Assembly: GCA_966186155.1 (NCBI GenBank) | Contig: CBIFVW010000001.1 | Span: forward strand, 3,543 to 67,542 | Reading direction: 5' to 3' | From: an uncultured Sphingomonas sp. | GTDB taxonomy: Bacteria > Pseudomonadota > Alphaproteobacteria > Sphingomonadales > Sphingomonadaceae | Length of the DNA: 64,000 nucleotides | In this document: in pieces, positions 1-9,209 of the stretch | Numbering within the stretch: position 1 is the stretch's first letter | Layout: each line of letters opens with the position of its first letter | Made by a program: the position numbers and the translations under genes | Notes under the pieces: model-generated | The model's database searches: none | Told to the model about the DNA's origin: nothing | The model's input: the letters and a program-made list of their open reading frames with translations, nothing else

Positions 1-573
1 GCGCTGACCGGCCTGCTGGCGCGCGACTATGGCGTGGAGACGCGGTTCGGCTTCCGGATCGCGTCGATCTCTGCGGGCACGGTGACAGGCGCGAGCGGGG
101 AGCGGATCGAGGCCGATAGCGTCTTCGTCTGCACCGGCGCCGATACGCCGCGGCTGCTGCGGCCGCTGGGGGTCCGCGTGCCGATCCTCGCGATGAAGGG
201 CTATTCGATCACCGCCGCGCCCGGCCCCGCCGCGCCGCGGGTGAGCATCACCGACGGCGCGCGGCGACTGGTCTTCTGCTGCCTCGACGGCAAGATGCGG
301 ATCGCCGGGCTGGCCGAGCTCGGCAATCGCGACCCCCGGGTCGACCCCCGGCGACTGGCGATGCTCGTGGCCTCGGCACGCGAGGCGCTGCCCGGATCGG
401 CGGATTGGGACCGGATCGAGAGCAACTGGGCCGGCCTCCGCCCGATGACGCCGTCGAGCCGGCCGATCATCGCCAAGGTGGCGCCGGGGGTGATCCTCAA
501 CGCGGGCCACGGCATCCTCGGCTGGACGCTGGCGATGGGATCGGCCGAGCGCGCGGCGGCGCTGCTCGACTGA
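1..573 (+). CDS. FAD-dependent D-amino-acid dehydrogenase-like oxidoreductase, C-terminal part (5' end outside the window)
   Basis: The frame of ORF 34..573 stays open to base 1. The C-terminal block WAGLRPMTPSSRPII...NAGHGILGWTLAMGSAERAAALL matches the conserved DadA/DAO-family C-terminus. Confidence 0.7.
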   Translation, partial: ALTGLLARDYGVETRFGFRIASISAGTVTGASGERIEADSVFVCTGADTPRLLRPLGVRVPILAMKGYSITAAPGPAAPRVSITDGARRLVFCCLDGKMRIAGLAELGNRDPRVDPRRLAMLVASAREALPGSADWDRIESNWAGLRPMTPSSRPIIAKVAPGVILNAGHGILGWTLAMGSAERAAALLD

Positions 574-589
574 ACGGCGCCTCCTCCTC

Positions 590-1009
590 CTAGACCGCGA
601 ACAGCTGGCCGATGTCGCGGAAGGACTTGAACTCCAGCGCATTGCCCGCCGGATCGAACAGGAACATCGTCGCCTGCTCGCCGGGCTTGCCCGGGAAGCG
701 GATATGCGGCTCGATCACGAAGCGCGTGCCCGCGTGCCGCAGCCGGTCGGCGAGCACGTGCCAGTCGTCCCAGTCGAGCACCAGGCCGAAATGCGGGACC
801 GGCACCGAATCTCCATCGACCTCGTTGCGCGTCCGCACCCCCGCCCCCTCGCCCTTGTGGACGACGAGCTGGTGGCCGCGAAAGTCGAAGTCGATCCAGT
901 GGCCGGGGTCCTCGCGCCCCTGCGGGCACCGCATGACGCCGCCATAGAAGCCGCGCGCGGCCTCGAGGTCGTCGACGGGGATGGCGAGGTGGAAGAGCGG
1001 AGCGGTCAT
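590..1009 (-). CDS. VOC (glyoxalase/bleomycin-resistance/dioxygenase) family protein
   Basis: 139 aa. [16 protein letters not shown] and [13 protein letters not shown] are typical VOC module ends. RBS GGAAGGAGAG lies upstream of the ATG. The gene starts only 22 nt downstream of the ggt stop on the same strand. Confidence 0.75.
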   Translation of the reverse strand: MTAPLFHLAIPVDDLEAARGFYGGVMRCPQGREDPGHWIDFDFRGHQLVVHKGEGAGVRTRNEVDGDSVPVPHFGLVLDWDDWHVLADRLRHAGTRFVIEPHIRFPGKPGEQATMFLFDPAGNALEFKSFRDIGQLFAV

Positions 1010-1031
1010 CGGTCTCTCCTTCCGGGACGGG

Positions 1032-2768
1032 CTAATGGACGGTCAAGGCCTGGGGCGCGGGCTCGCTTCGGGCGACGCCGTCGCGGCGCGGATCGGCGCC
1101 GCCGTCGAACCTGCCGCCGCGGAGGAGCACGCCGTGCAGGCCCGAATCCTCGCCGCTGCCGCGCTTCACGACGACCCCCCGCTCCTGGAGCCCGGCGAGC
1201 ACGGCGGGACTCATCCGCTGCGCCTCGCCGTTGAAGTCGTCGTTGCGCGCGACGAGGTTGGGCAGGTCGATCGCCGCCTGCATCGGCAGGTTCCAGTCGA
1301 GCACCCCGACGAGCACCTTGGCGACATAGGCGGGGATGGCGTTGCCGCCCGGCGAGCCGAGCGCGCCGACCAGGTTGTTCTGCCGGTCGAGGATCAGCAC
1401 CGGCGTCATCGACGAGCGCGGGCGCTTGCCCGGCGCGACTGCGTTGGCGACGGGGCGGCCGGTGGTCTTGGTAACCGGACTCAGGGAGAAATCGGTCATC
1501 TGGTTATTGAGGAAGAAGCCGTCGACCATCCGGCCCGAGCCAAAATAGCTTTCGACCGTCGAGGTCATGGAGACGGCGTTGCCCTTCGCATCGATCACGA
1601 TGAAGTGCGTCGTCCCGCCGGGCTCCTGCGTGTTGTCGTTCGCGGCCGGCTCGCTGCCCGGCGGCCGGCCCGAGAGCGGTTCCTTGCCCGCCTTCGCGCC
1701 GATCAGCCTGGCGCGCTTGTCGAGATAGCCGGCATCGAGCAGCCCCGCGACCGGCACGTTCACGAAATCCGGATCGCCCACCCAGCGGTCGCGGTCGGCG
1801 TACATGATCCGGCTCGCCTCGGCGAAGAGGAACCAGGCCTGGGGATCGCCCGGGCCTCGCTTCGCGATATCGGTGCGGTCGAGCAGACCGAGCAGGTGAA
1901 GCAGCCCCACGCCGGTGGCCGGCGGCGGCGGGGCGCAGACGATCTGGACGTGGACGCGGCAGAGCGGCGTCAGCTTCTGCGGCGCATAGCTCGCCAGGTC
2001 CTCGAGCGTCATCGCGCCGGGATGGGCGCCCTGCCGCAGGCGATCGACGATCCGCTGCGCGGTCTCGCCCCTGTAGAGCGCCGAGGGGCCCTCGGCGGCG
2101 AGGCGGCGGAGGAACGCGGCATAAGCGGGGTTCCGCAGGGTGTCGCCGGTCTTCATCTTGGTCCCGTCGGGCTTCGTGAAGAACTTCACGACGTCCGGCG
2201 CGCTCGATTGGGCATAGTCTCCGTTGATATAGCCCGACAGGCGGTCGCCGATCGCGAAGCCCTGCTCGGCCCTCCGGATCGCCTCGTCGAACAGGCTGCT
2301 CCATGCCAGCTTGCCTTCGCGCGCCTGCACCGTCGCGAGCATCGCCACCACGCCCGGCACCCCGGTCGCGCGGCCGCTCAGCATCGCCTCGGACTTCTTG
2401 AGGGGATTGCCGTCGCGGTCGAGGAACATGTCCGGCGTCGCGCCCCTGGGCGCGCGCTCGCGGCCGCTCCAGGCCGAGATCTTCCGGGTCCCGGCATTAT
2501 AGTACATCATGAACCCGCCGCCGCCGATGCCCGAGCTCTGCGGCTCGACCAGCCCGAGCATCGCCTGCACCGCCACCGCCGCGTCGACCGCGCTGCCGCC
2601 GCGGCGCAGCACCGCGAGCCCCGCCTCGACCGCGAGGGGGTGCGCGGCGGCGACGAAGATCCCCGGGCCGGCCGCGGCGGGCGCCGCCTGCGCGTCCGGC
2701 TCCCGGGCGGTGACCGGCGCGGCGCCGAGCGAGAACGCCGCGAGGCCGAGGACCAGGCGGCGGATCAC
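1032..2768 (-). CDS. ggt: gamma-glutamyltransferase, paralog 1 (periplasmic Ntn hydrolase)
   Basis: This is the real part of ORF 1032..4007. A GTG start at 2768 is followed by signal peptide [20 protein letters not shown]. Motifs present: GGGGFMMYY, the catalytic-Thr block [29 protein letters not shown], and GSPGGNAI. The GTG overlaps the TGA of the upstream ggt (GTGA). Confidence 0.9.
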   Translation of the reverse strand: MIRRLVLGLAAFSLGAAPVTAREPDAQAAPAAAGPGIFVAAAHPLAVEAGLAVLRRGGSAVDAAVAVQAMLGLVEPQSSGIGGGGFMMYYNAGTRKISAWSGRERAPRGATPDMFLDRDGNPLKKSEAMLSGRATGVPGVVAMLATVQAREGKLAWSSLFDEAIRRAEQGFAIGDRLSGYINGDYAQSSAPDVVKFFTKPDGTKMKTGDTLRNPAYAAFLRRLAAEGPSALYRGETAQRIVDRLRQGAHPGAMTLEDLASYAPQKLTPLCRVHVQIVCAPPPPATGVGLLHLLGLLDRTDIAKRGPGDPQAWFLFAEASRIMYADRDRWVGDPDFVNVPVAGLLDAGYLDKRARLIGAKAGKEPLSGRPPGSEPAANDNTQEPGGTTHFIVIDAKGNAVSMTSTVESYFGSGRMVDGFFLNNQMTDFSLSPVTKTTGRPVANAVAPGKRPRSSMTPVLILDRQNNLVGALGSPGGNAIPAYVAKVLVGVLDWNLPMQAAIDLPNLVARNDDFNGEAQRMSPAVLAGLQERGVVVKRGSGEDSGLHGVLLRGGRFDGGADPRRDGVARSEPAPQALTVH

Positions 2769-4492
2769 GGCGCCACCGCCGTCGCGCCCGGCCGGCGCGG
2801 ATCGGCGCCGCCGAGATAGAGCCCCTTCTCGATCATGATCGACTGCGCGCTGCCCATGGTCTGGTCGATCTCGATCCGGTGCCCCATCGCCTCGAGCACC
2901 GCGATCGTGTCCGGATTGAAGTTGGGCTCGAGCTGGAGCGTGTCGGTGCTGTTCTGGAAGATGCGCGGCTGATGCGTCGCCTCGCCGATATTGAGCCCGT
3001 GGTCGACGACGTTGACGATCACCTGCACCACGGTGGTGATGATCGTGCTGCCGCCCGGCGTCCCCAGGACCAGCCAGGGCTTGCCGTCCTTGAACAGGAT
3101 CGTCGGGACCATGGTCGAGAGCATGCGCTTGCCCGGCGCCATCGCGTTGGGCGGCTCGGGCCGGTGGTCGCGCCGCGCCCGCCATGCCTCCTCGTGCGAG
3201 AAATTGTTCATCTGGTTGTTGAGCAGGATGCCAGTGCCCTCGATCATCACGCCCGAGCCGAAATCGGCGCCGAGCGTATAGGTCGTGGAGACGACGTTCC
3301 CCTCCCCGTCCGCGACAGAGAAATGCGTCGTGTTGGGGCTCTCGTACTTCCAGGGATCGCCCTTCGGCAGATCGCGCCGGTCGCTGGCCTTGTCGAGCGG
3401 GATCAGCCTGGCCCGCTCGGCCGCGAAGCCCTTGGACGTGAGTCCGTTCAGCGGCACGCGCACGAAATCGGTATCGCCGAGGAAGCGATAGCGGTCGGCA
3501 TAGCCGAGCTTCATCGCCTCGCTCACCACATGGAGCGCCCGGCCCGAGCCGAGGCCCATGGCCTTGAGGTCGAAATTCTCGAGGATGTTGAGGATCTCGA
3601 GCAGCGCGGCCCCGCCTGCGCTCGCCGGGGGCGCGGTGCGGATAGTGATGCCGCGATAGCTGCCCTCGAGCGGCGGGCGCTCGACCGCGCGATAGGCGGC
3701 GAGGTCCCGGAGCGTGATCAGCCCGCCATGCCTCGTCATGTCGGCGGCGATGCGCCTGGCGATCTCGCCCTTGTAGAAGGCATCGGCGCCGTCCGCCTGG
3801 ATCTGCTTCAGCGACCAGGCGAGCTCGGGCTGCTTCAGCACCTCGCCCGCCCGATAGAGGCTCCCGTCGGCCTTGTAGAAGGTGCGCTTGCCGGCCTCGC
3901 TCGCCGAGAGCCGCTCCTTGCCCCAGCTGAACACGAACGCCTCGTCGGGCGAGAGCGCCACGCCCTTCTCGGCAAGGTCGATCGCCGGCTGGACGAGCTT
4001 CGCCCAAGGCAGCCTGCCATATTTCCCGTGCGCGAGCGCGAGGCCGGCGACCGTGCCCGGCACGTCGGGCGCGCGATAGCCGAAGCTCGCCGCCTTGATC
4101 TCCTTGCCCTCGCCGTCGACGAACATGTCCGGCGTCACCGCCAGCGGCGCGACGCCGCGGAAGTCGATCGTCACGGTCCTGCCGCCCTTGGCGTCGTAGA
4201 GCGTCATGAACCCGTCGCCGCCGATATTGCCCGCGCGCGGCAGCGTCACCGCCATCGCGAACGCCATCGCCACCGCCGCGTCGACGGCATTGCCGCCCTC
4301 GCGGATGATTTGCGCGCCGATCCGGCTCGCCATCTCGTTCTGGCTGACCACCATGCCGCGGGTGCCGACGACCGGCTGGTGGATGCTCGGATATTCGAGC
4401 AGCTGCTTCTGCTGCGCCGCCGCGGGCGCGAGCGCCGCGAAGGGAAGCGCCAGGCAGGCAAGGACGGCGGCCAGGCGGCTGCGCAGGTTCAT
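2765..4492 (-). CDS. ggt: gamma-glutamyltransferase, paralog 2 (periplasmic Ntn hydrolase)
   Basis: This is the real part of ORF 2765..5029. ATG at 4492 with signal peptide MNLRSRLAAVLACLALPFAALAPAAA. Motifs present: NIGGDGFM, the catalytic block PNTTHFSVADGEGNVVSTTYTLGADFGSG, and GTPGGSTI. Its sequence is clearly divergent from paralog 1. Confidence 0.9.
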   Translation of the reverse strand: MNLRSRLAAVLACLALPFAALAPAAAQQKQLLEYPSIHQPVVGTRGMVVSQNEMASRIGAQIIREGGNAVDAAVAMAFAMAVTLPRAGNIGGDGFMTLYDAKGGRTVTIDFRGVAPLAVTPDMFVDGEGKEIKAASFGYRAPDVPGTVAGLALAHGKYGRLPWAKLVQPAIDLAEKGVALSPDEAFVFSWGKERLSASEAGKRTFYKADGSLYRAGEVLKQPELAWSLKQIQADGADAFYKGEIARRIAADMTRHGGLITLRDLAAYRAVERPPLEGSYRGITIRTAPPASAGGAALLEILNILENFDLKAMGLGSGRALHVVSEAMKLGYADRYRFLGDTDFVRVPLNGLTSKGFAAERARLIPLDKASDRRDLPKGDPWKYESPNTTHFSVADGEGNVVSTTYTLGADFGSGVMIEGTGILLNNQMNNFSHEEAWRARRDHRPEPPNAMAPGKRMLSTMVPTILFKDGKPWLVLGTPGGSTIITTVVQVIVNVVDHGLNIGEATHQPRIFQNSTDTLQLEPNFNPDTIAVLEAMGHRIEIDQTMGSAQSIMIEKGLYLGGADPRRPGATAVAP

Positions 4493-4523
4493 CGGCGATC
4501 TCCTCGCTTTGCGCCCGCCGGCA

Positions 4524-7500
4524 TCAGAAGCGATGCCGGAGCGAGGCGTAGAAGGTGCGTCCCTTGTTGCTGTAGAGATCGCCATTGTAGCCGTACGGGT
4601 TGTCGGTGAGCGGCGCCTCCTTGTCGAAGATGTTGCGCACGCCGACGCGCAGGCGGGTGCGGCCGAAACTGTACTGGCCGTAGACATTCTGGGTGACATA
4701 GTCGCTCGTCCGCCACAGCGTGCCGTCCGCGAGCGACGCGCCGGTGTCGTCGACCGGCCCCACATAGGACGTGAAATAGCCGAGGCCGAAGTCCTTGTAG
4801 CGCCAGGTGATCGTCGCGCTCGCCCGCCATTTCGGGCGTCCGTCCTGCTCGAGCAGACTCGCGGCGCCGCTGATCGGGATCGTCGCGTCGATAGCGCCCG
4901 AGGCCTGCTTCGCGAGCAGCTCGGCCTTGGCGCTGTCGGGCGTCTGGTAGAATTCCAGCGTCCGCGCGGCGTTGAGCTTGATGTCGAAGTCGCCGATCTC
5001 GGTATCGTCGACGCTCCAGTAGAGCCCAAGGTCGATGCCGCGGACCACGCGCGGATTGAGGTTGGTATAGTCGTCGATCACCTGGATCACGCGGCCGACC
5101 GGGTCGATGCCGGTGCCGGCGAAGTCGGCGATCTCCTGCGCAGTCGGCGCGGCGCGCTGGACATTGGGGTTCGAGCTGCCATTGAGGCGGAGATAATAGT
5201 CGAGCGTCAGCGCGTTCGAATCGCCGAACAGGCCGATCAGCTGCTTCTGGCGGATCTCCCAATAATCGGCGGTCAGCGTCAGCCGGCCGAAGCGGCTCGG
5301 CAGCGGCGGCACGAACACCGCGCCGACGGTGAAGTTGTCCGAGGTCTCGGGCTCCAGCGTCTCGCTGCCCGAACGGTTGCTCACCACGCTCTGGCTGCGC
5401 GTGCAGGCGTCGAAATTGGCGATGCGCCCGGCCCGTTCGTCGGCCTCGCACTTGATCCAGTCGGTGCGGGTGTTCGAGCGCTGGATGCCGCGCTCGAACT
5501 GCTGCGGCAGGCCTGGCGCGCGGAAGCCCTGCGACCAGGCCGAGCGGACCTGGAGCCACGGCACCGGATACCAGGACGCGGCGATCTTGGGCTTCGCGAC
5601 GCTGCCGAACGCGGTGTAGTCCTCGAACCGCCCGGCGAGCTGGAGATTGAGCCGATGGACCAGCGGCACGTCCATGTCGGGCGAGACCAGCGGCACCGCC
5701 AGCTCGACGAACGCCGACTTGACGTCGCGCTTGCCCGCGCTGTCGGGCGTCGGGCTGGCGCCGATCACGTCGGAGCCGTTCGACGAGCCGTCGAGCGCCG
5801 TGAACTTGATCGTGCCGTCGAGCCGCGGGTCGCGATCGTCCTTGTAGGTCTCGTGGCGATACTCGACGCCCGCCGCGACGCCGACATTGCCGCCGGGCAG
5901 CGCGATCAGGTCGGGCCGCGAGATCTTGAAGTCCCACATCGCGAGCTCGGTGGTGCTGATGCGGTAGACGTCGACCATGAAGCTGTCGATGATCGCCTGG
6001 TCGTTCGGCGTCGAATCGCGCTCGCCCGGGTTGGCCGGGTCGCCGCCGTTGAACGGGTTGTAGGCGGTCGCGTCGGTGCGACCCAGCGCCGCCTGGAACG
6101 CGGTCAGGCTGATCGTGCGCATCGTGTCGTTGGTGCGGGCGCGCGAGTAGAGGCCGGCGCTCTCCCAGTCCCAGCCGCCGAAATTGCCGCGCAGGCCGCC
6201 CAGGAAGCGCGTGGTGACGTTCTCGACATGGATCTTCAGCGGGCCGGCATCGACCGGGCGATAGTCGATCATCTCGAGCGGCACGCCGGTGGTGGCGACG
6301 CCGGTGAGGCCCGGCAGCCGGTTCGGGCTGCCGACCGGGCCGAACGGGTTCCAATAGCCGTTGAGCGGGATGATCAGCCGCTGGTTGGCGAGCGAGGTGT
6401 CCTGCTCGCGCTGGCTCTCGTAATTGGCCTTGTAATAGCCGATCTCGCCGAAGAAGGAGAGGCTGTCGCTGAACTCGTGGTTCACGAAGCCGAACAGGTT
6501 GATGCGCTCGTTCTCGCCCTGCAGCGTGCGATCGGCATTGGTGTTGTAGCGCAGATTGTTGTCGGTGCTCGCGGTCGACAGGCTCGAATTGTCGAAGCAG
6601 GTCTGCGCGGTCTGGCCGGGCGCGATGCAACCCTCGTTGGTGATCGGCTGGACGTGGAAGATGCCGCTCGAGGTGAGCGGCGTGCCGTTGTAGCTCGCGG
6701 CCGTGGTCGAGTTCGCGAAGCTCGTCGTCAGCCGCTGGAATTCGGCCCAGATCGTGTCGTTCGAGCGGTTGTCGAAATCGGTGTCGCCGGCGAAGCGCGT
6801 GCCCGCCACCAACGGGCGCAGGTCGCTCGAGCGCGAGTTGCGGCGGTCGCGCGCCCAGAGCGGATCGCGCTTGTCATATTCGCCGAACAGCGAGACGTTC
6901 GTGCGGCCGCCGTTGAAGCTGTGCCCCGCCTCGAACGAGACGTCGTATTCCTGCTGGCTCGAACGGCCGGTGACCGTGCCCTCGGCCTCGACGGTGAGGC
7001 CCTTGAAGTTGCTCTTGAGCACCGTGTTGACCACGCCCGCCACGGCATCGGTCCCGTAGATGGCCGCGGCGCCGTCGCGCAGGATCTCGATGCGCCGGAC
7101 GCCCTTCACCGGGATGGTGTTGGTGTTGACGCTCTGCACGGGCACCAGGTTCTCGGACTGGGTGCCCGGGTGCAGCACCAGGCGGCGACCGTTGAGCAGC
7201 ACCAGGGTGTTGCCGGTGCCGAGCGCGCGCAGGTTGATCGAGGCCGCGTCGCCGCGCGCGTCGTTGATGCCGCCCGCGTCGCGGCTCTCGTTGAACGCGA
7301 CGTCGCCGGCCTGGGGCACGCCGCGCATCAGCTCGTCGCCGCTGGTCGCGGAGACGGCGTCGATGTCGTCGGGCTCGAGCACGGTCACGGGCAGCACGTC
7401 GGTGACCTGCACGCCCTTGATCTGCGATCCGACGACGACGATCTCCTGCTCTTCCCCAGCCGCCGCCTCGGACACCGGCTGGCCGGCGGCAGGCGGCGCC

Positions 7501-7574
7501 TCCTGCGCATGAGCCGCCGTCGCGGCGAATAGCGACGCGCCGGCAAGCAGCGTCATCCGGAAGCTGGAAATCAT
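4524..7574 (-). CDS. TonB-dependent outer-membrane receptor (about 1016 aa)
   Basis: ATG at 7574 is preceded by AAAGAGGGG. Signal peptide MISSFRMTLLAGASLFAATAAHA. TonB-box/plug region EIVVVGSQIKG...LRALGTGNTLVLLNGRRL...IEILRDGAAAIYGTDAVAGVVN. The C-terminus RTFYASLRHRF ends in Phe. Confidence 0.9.
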   Translation of the reverse strand: MISSFRMTLLAGASLFAATAAHAQEAPPAAGQPVSEAAAGEEQEIVVVGSQIKGVQVTDVLPVTVLEPDDIDAVSATSGDELMRGVPQAGDVAFNESRDAGGINDARGDAASINLRALGTGNTLVLLNGRRLVLHPGTQSENLVPVQSVNTNTIPVKGVRRIEILRDGAAAIYGTDAVAGVVNTVLKSNFKGLTVEAEGTVTGRSSQQEYDVSFEAGHSFNGGRTNVSLFGEYDKRDPLWARDRRNSRSSDLRPLVAGTRFAGDTDFDNRSNDTIWAEFQRLTTSFANSTTAASYNGTPLTSSGIFHVQPITNEGCIAPGQTAQTCFDNSSLSTASTDNNLRYNTNADRTLQGENERINLFGFVNHEFSDSLSFFGEIGYYKANYESQREQDTSLANQRLIIPLNGYWNPFGPVGSPNRLPGLTGVATTGVPLEMIDYRPVDAGPLKIHVENVTTRFLGGLRGNFGGWDWESAGLYSRARTNDTMRTISLTAFQAALGRTDATAYNPFNGGDPANPGERDSTPNDQAIIDSFMVDVYRISTTELAMWDFKISRPDLIALPGGNVGVAAGVEYRHETYKDDRDPRLDGTIKFTALDGSSNGSDVIGASPTPDSAGKRDVKSAFVELAVPLVSPDMDVPLVHRLNLQLAGRFEDYTAFGSVAKPKIAASWYPVPWLQVRSAWSQGFRAPGLPQQFERGIQRSNTRTDWIKCEADERAGRIANFDACTRSQSVVSNRSGSETLEPETSDNFTVGAVFVPPLPSRFGRLTLTADYWEIRQKQLIGLFGDSNALTLDYYLRLNGSSNPNVQRAAPTAQEIADFAGTGIDPVGRVIQVIDDYTNLNPRVVRGIDLGLYWSVDDTEIGDFDIKLNAARTLEFYQTPDSAKAELLAKQASGAIDATIPISGAASLLEQDGRPKWRASATITWRYKDFGLGYFTSYVGPVDDTGASLADGTLWRTSDYVTQNVYGQYSFGRTRLRVGVRNIFDKEAPLTDNPYGYNGDLYSNKGRTFYASLRHRF

Positions 7575-7812
7575 CGCAAACCCCTCTTTCGGGCGCAGCC
7601 CGTCACCGCCGCGGTTCATGACCGCGGCCACGCACTCCCATGCGCATGGTGCCTGGCATCGCCCTGTTGTTCCCCGGTGCCTTAGCGGCACTAGACACAT
7701 GCTGCGGGGAGTGGTGACAGTTTGTCAATATCTAGACTGTTGGAGAAACCATTCCTATTGTGACATGTGTGATCCAGGCCACGCATGGGCGGGCAGAAGA
7801 ACCGGAAGGCGA

Positions 7813-8481
7813 ATGAGCGACCCGATCGATCCCGCGCAGCTCGCGCACGAGCACGCGCTGCTGCTCAAGGCCGGCGAGAGCATCGTCGAGGCGCTCGGCA
7901 GGATGTTCGCGCCCACTTGCGAAGTGGTGCTGCACGATCTCACCCGGCCGGCCAATTCGCTCGTCGCGATCGAGAACCCGCTCTCGGGCCGCAGGGTCGG
8001 CGATTCGACCACCGAGCTCGGCATCGGCCGGATCGCGGATCCGGACTTCCCCGACATCGTCCAGAACTATCCCAACCGGTTCCCCGACGGGCGCCGGGCA
8101 AAGAGCACGTCGGTGGGCCTCCGGGATTCGAGCGGGCGCTGCGTGGTGGCGATCTGCATCAACATGGACATCTCGCTGCTCTCGTCGGCCAATCGCGTCC
8201 TCGAGCAGCTGACCGCCACCGGCACCGCCGCGCCGCTGCCCGAGACGCTGCGCACCCGCTCGCTCGACGAGGTGCGGACCGCGCTGGAGAATTTCGCCGC
8301 GCGGCAGGGCGCCCAGCCCCGGGCGCTCGCTCCCGAGCAGCGCCGCGAGGCGATCCGCATGCTCGCAGACACCGGCCTGCTGCAACTGCGCGGCGGCGCC
8401 GCGGCGGCGGCCGAGACGCTCGGCATCTCGCGGGCCACCATCTACAACACCCTCAACCGCGCGGAGGATGCGCAATCGTGA
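7813..8481 (+). CDS. YheO/DauR-type transcriptional regulator (YheO-like PAS domain plus C-terminal HTH)
   Basis: ATG at 7813 within ORF 7618..8481. The N-terminal block GRMFAPTCEVVLHDLTRPANSLVAIENPLSGRRVGD is typical of YheO-like PAS domains. The C-terminal HTH is AAAETLGISRATIYNTLNR. The gene is divergent from the TonB receptor. Confidence 0.75.
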   Translation: MSDPIDPAQLAHEHALLLKAGESIVEALGRMFAPTCEVVLHDLTRPANSLVAIENPLSGRRVGDSTTELGIGRIADPDFPDIVQNYPNRFPDGRRAKSTSVGLRDSSGRCVVAICINMDISLLSSANRVLEQLTATGTAAPLPETLRTRSLDEVRTALENFAARQGAQPRALAPEQRREAIRMLADTGLLQLRGGAAAAAETLGISRATIYNTLNRAEDAQS

Positions 8482-8936
8482 CCACCATCGCCGAACGCAT
8501 CGCCGCGCTCGACCTTCCCCCTCCCTTGGTCCCCAAGGGCAATTACGTGCCCTGGCTGTTCAGCGGGCGGCATCTCTACATTTCGGGCCAGGTCTCGGTG
8601 GCGGGCGACAAAGCGGTGCTGGGCGTGGTCGGCCGCGACGTCGACCTGGCCGGCGCGCAGGCGGCGGCGCGGCTGTGCGGGCTCAACCTGCTCGCGCAGA
8701 TCGCGGCGGCGCTCGACGGCGATTTCGCGCGGGTGGTGCGCGTGGTGAAGCTCAATGGCTTCGTCCAGGCGGAGGAAGGCTTCACCGACATCCCGCTCGT
8801 GATGAACGGCTGCTCGGACCTGATGGTCGAGGCGTTCGGCGAGCGCGGGCTGCACACGCGGTCGAGCGTCGGCGTCAAGCAGCTGCCGCGCGGATCGGCG
8901 GTCGAGGTCGACGCGGTGATCGAAGTGACGGGCTAG
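8478..8936 (+). CDS. RidA/YjgF/UK114 family protein (reactive enamine/imine deaminase family)
   Basis: The GTG at 8478 overlaps the regulator stop (GTGA). 152 aa. LYISGQVS...GVVGRDVDLAGAQAAARLCGLNLLAQIAAAL...RSSVGVKQLPRGSAVEVDAVIEV has the RidA-family layout. Confidence 0.8.
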   Translation: MTTIAERIAALDLPPPLVPKGNYVPWLFSGRHLYISGQVSVAGDKAVLGVVGRDVDLAGAQAAARLCGLNLLAQIAAALDGDFARVVRVVKLNGFVQAEEGFTDIPLVMNGCSDLMVEAFGERGLHTRSSVGVKQLPRGSAVEVDAVIEVTG

Positions 8937-8953
8937 GGTCGAATTCAAGCAAA

Positions 8954-9086
8954 TCCTCCCCCGGAGGGGGAGGGGGACCGCCGCGAAGCGGTGGTGGAGG
9001 GGTAGGTTTCCGCAAACGAACCGGCTCGCTTGGGGAGATTACCCCTCCACCAGCTTCGCTGGTCCCCCTCCCCCTCCGGGGGAGGA
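8954..9086. repeat. GC-rich composite palindromic intergenic repeat, copy A
   Basis: The left arm TCCTCCCCCGGAGGGGGAGGGGGACCGCCGCGAAGCGGTGGTGGAGGGGT and the right arm ACCCCTCCACCAGCTTCGCTGGTCCCCCTCCCCCTCCGGGGGAGGA are near-perfect inverted copies separated by about 37 nt. The first 27 nt and last 13 nt of the arm are identical to the copy at 47505. Confidence 0.85.
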
Positions 9087-9209
9087 ATTGGAACGCCCAA
9101 TTCGTGCCGGCTGGGTGTCGATCCGTCCCGGACATCCCATCCTCGTGAATCAGCCAGGCTTCCGTTCCCGTCTCGAGCCGCTATGCTCGGTGCCGCCAGG
9201 GGGGACAGG

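Noticed and set aside
4206-7532. Very long ORFs antisense to confidently identified genes. Examples: 981..2819 (+), 4206..7532 (+, 1108 aa), 10265..12433 (-), 28320..30884 (+), 34844..37156 (-), 56549..59140 (+), 47296..49005 (-).
   Set aside because: Their translations are Arg/Ala/Gly/Pro-rich low-complexity sequence with no family motifs. They lie opposite genes with clear signatures (TonB receptor, GGT, UxaA, Gcd, PpiD and others). Long stop-free antisense frames are expected at about 68 % GC.
8875-9135. Short ORFs lying inside the palindromic repeats (8875..9135 (-), 8945..9487 (-), 47477..47716 (-), 47700..47921 (-)), encoding Pro/Gly-rich peptides.
   Set aside because: They are by-products of the GC-rich inverted repeats. 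The same peptide-like strings appear on both strands, with no RBS and no conservation beyond the repeat itself.
9087-9209. A possible purine riboswitch in the leader of the purine permease gene.
   Set aside because: I could not find the conserved three-way-junction core or loop-loop motifs of the purine riboswitch by eye. The region is dominated by the adjacent palindromic repeat. An Rfam scan would be needed to say more.
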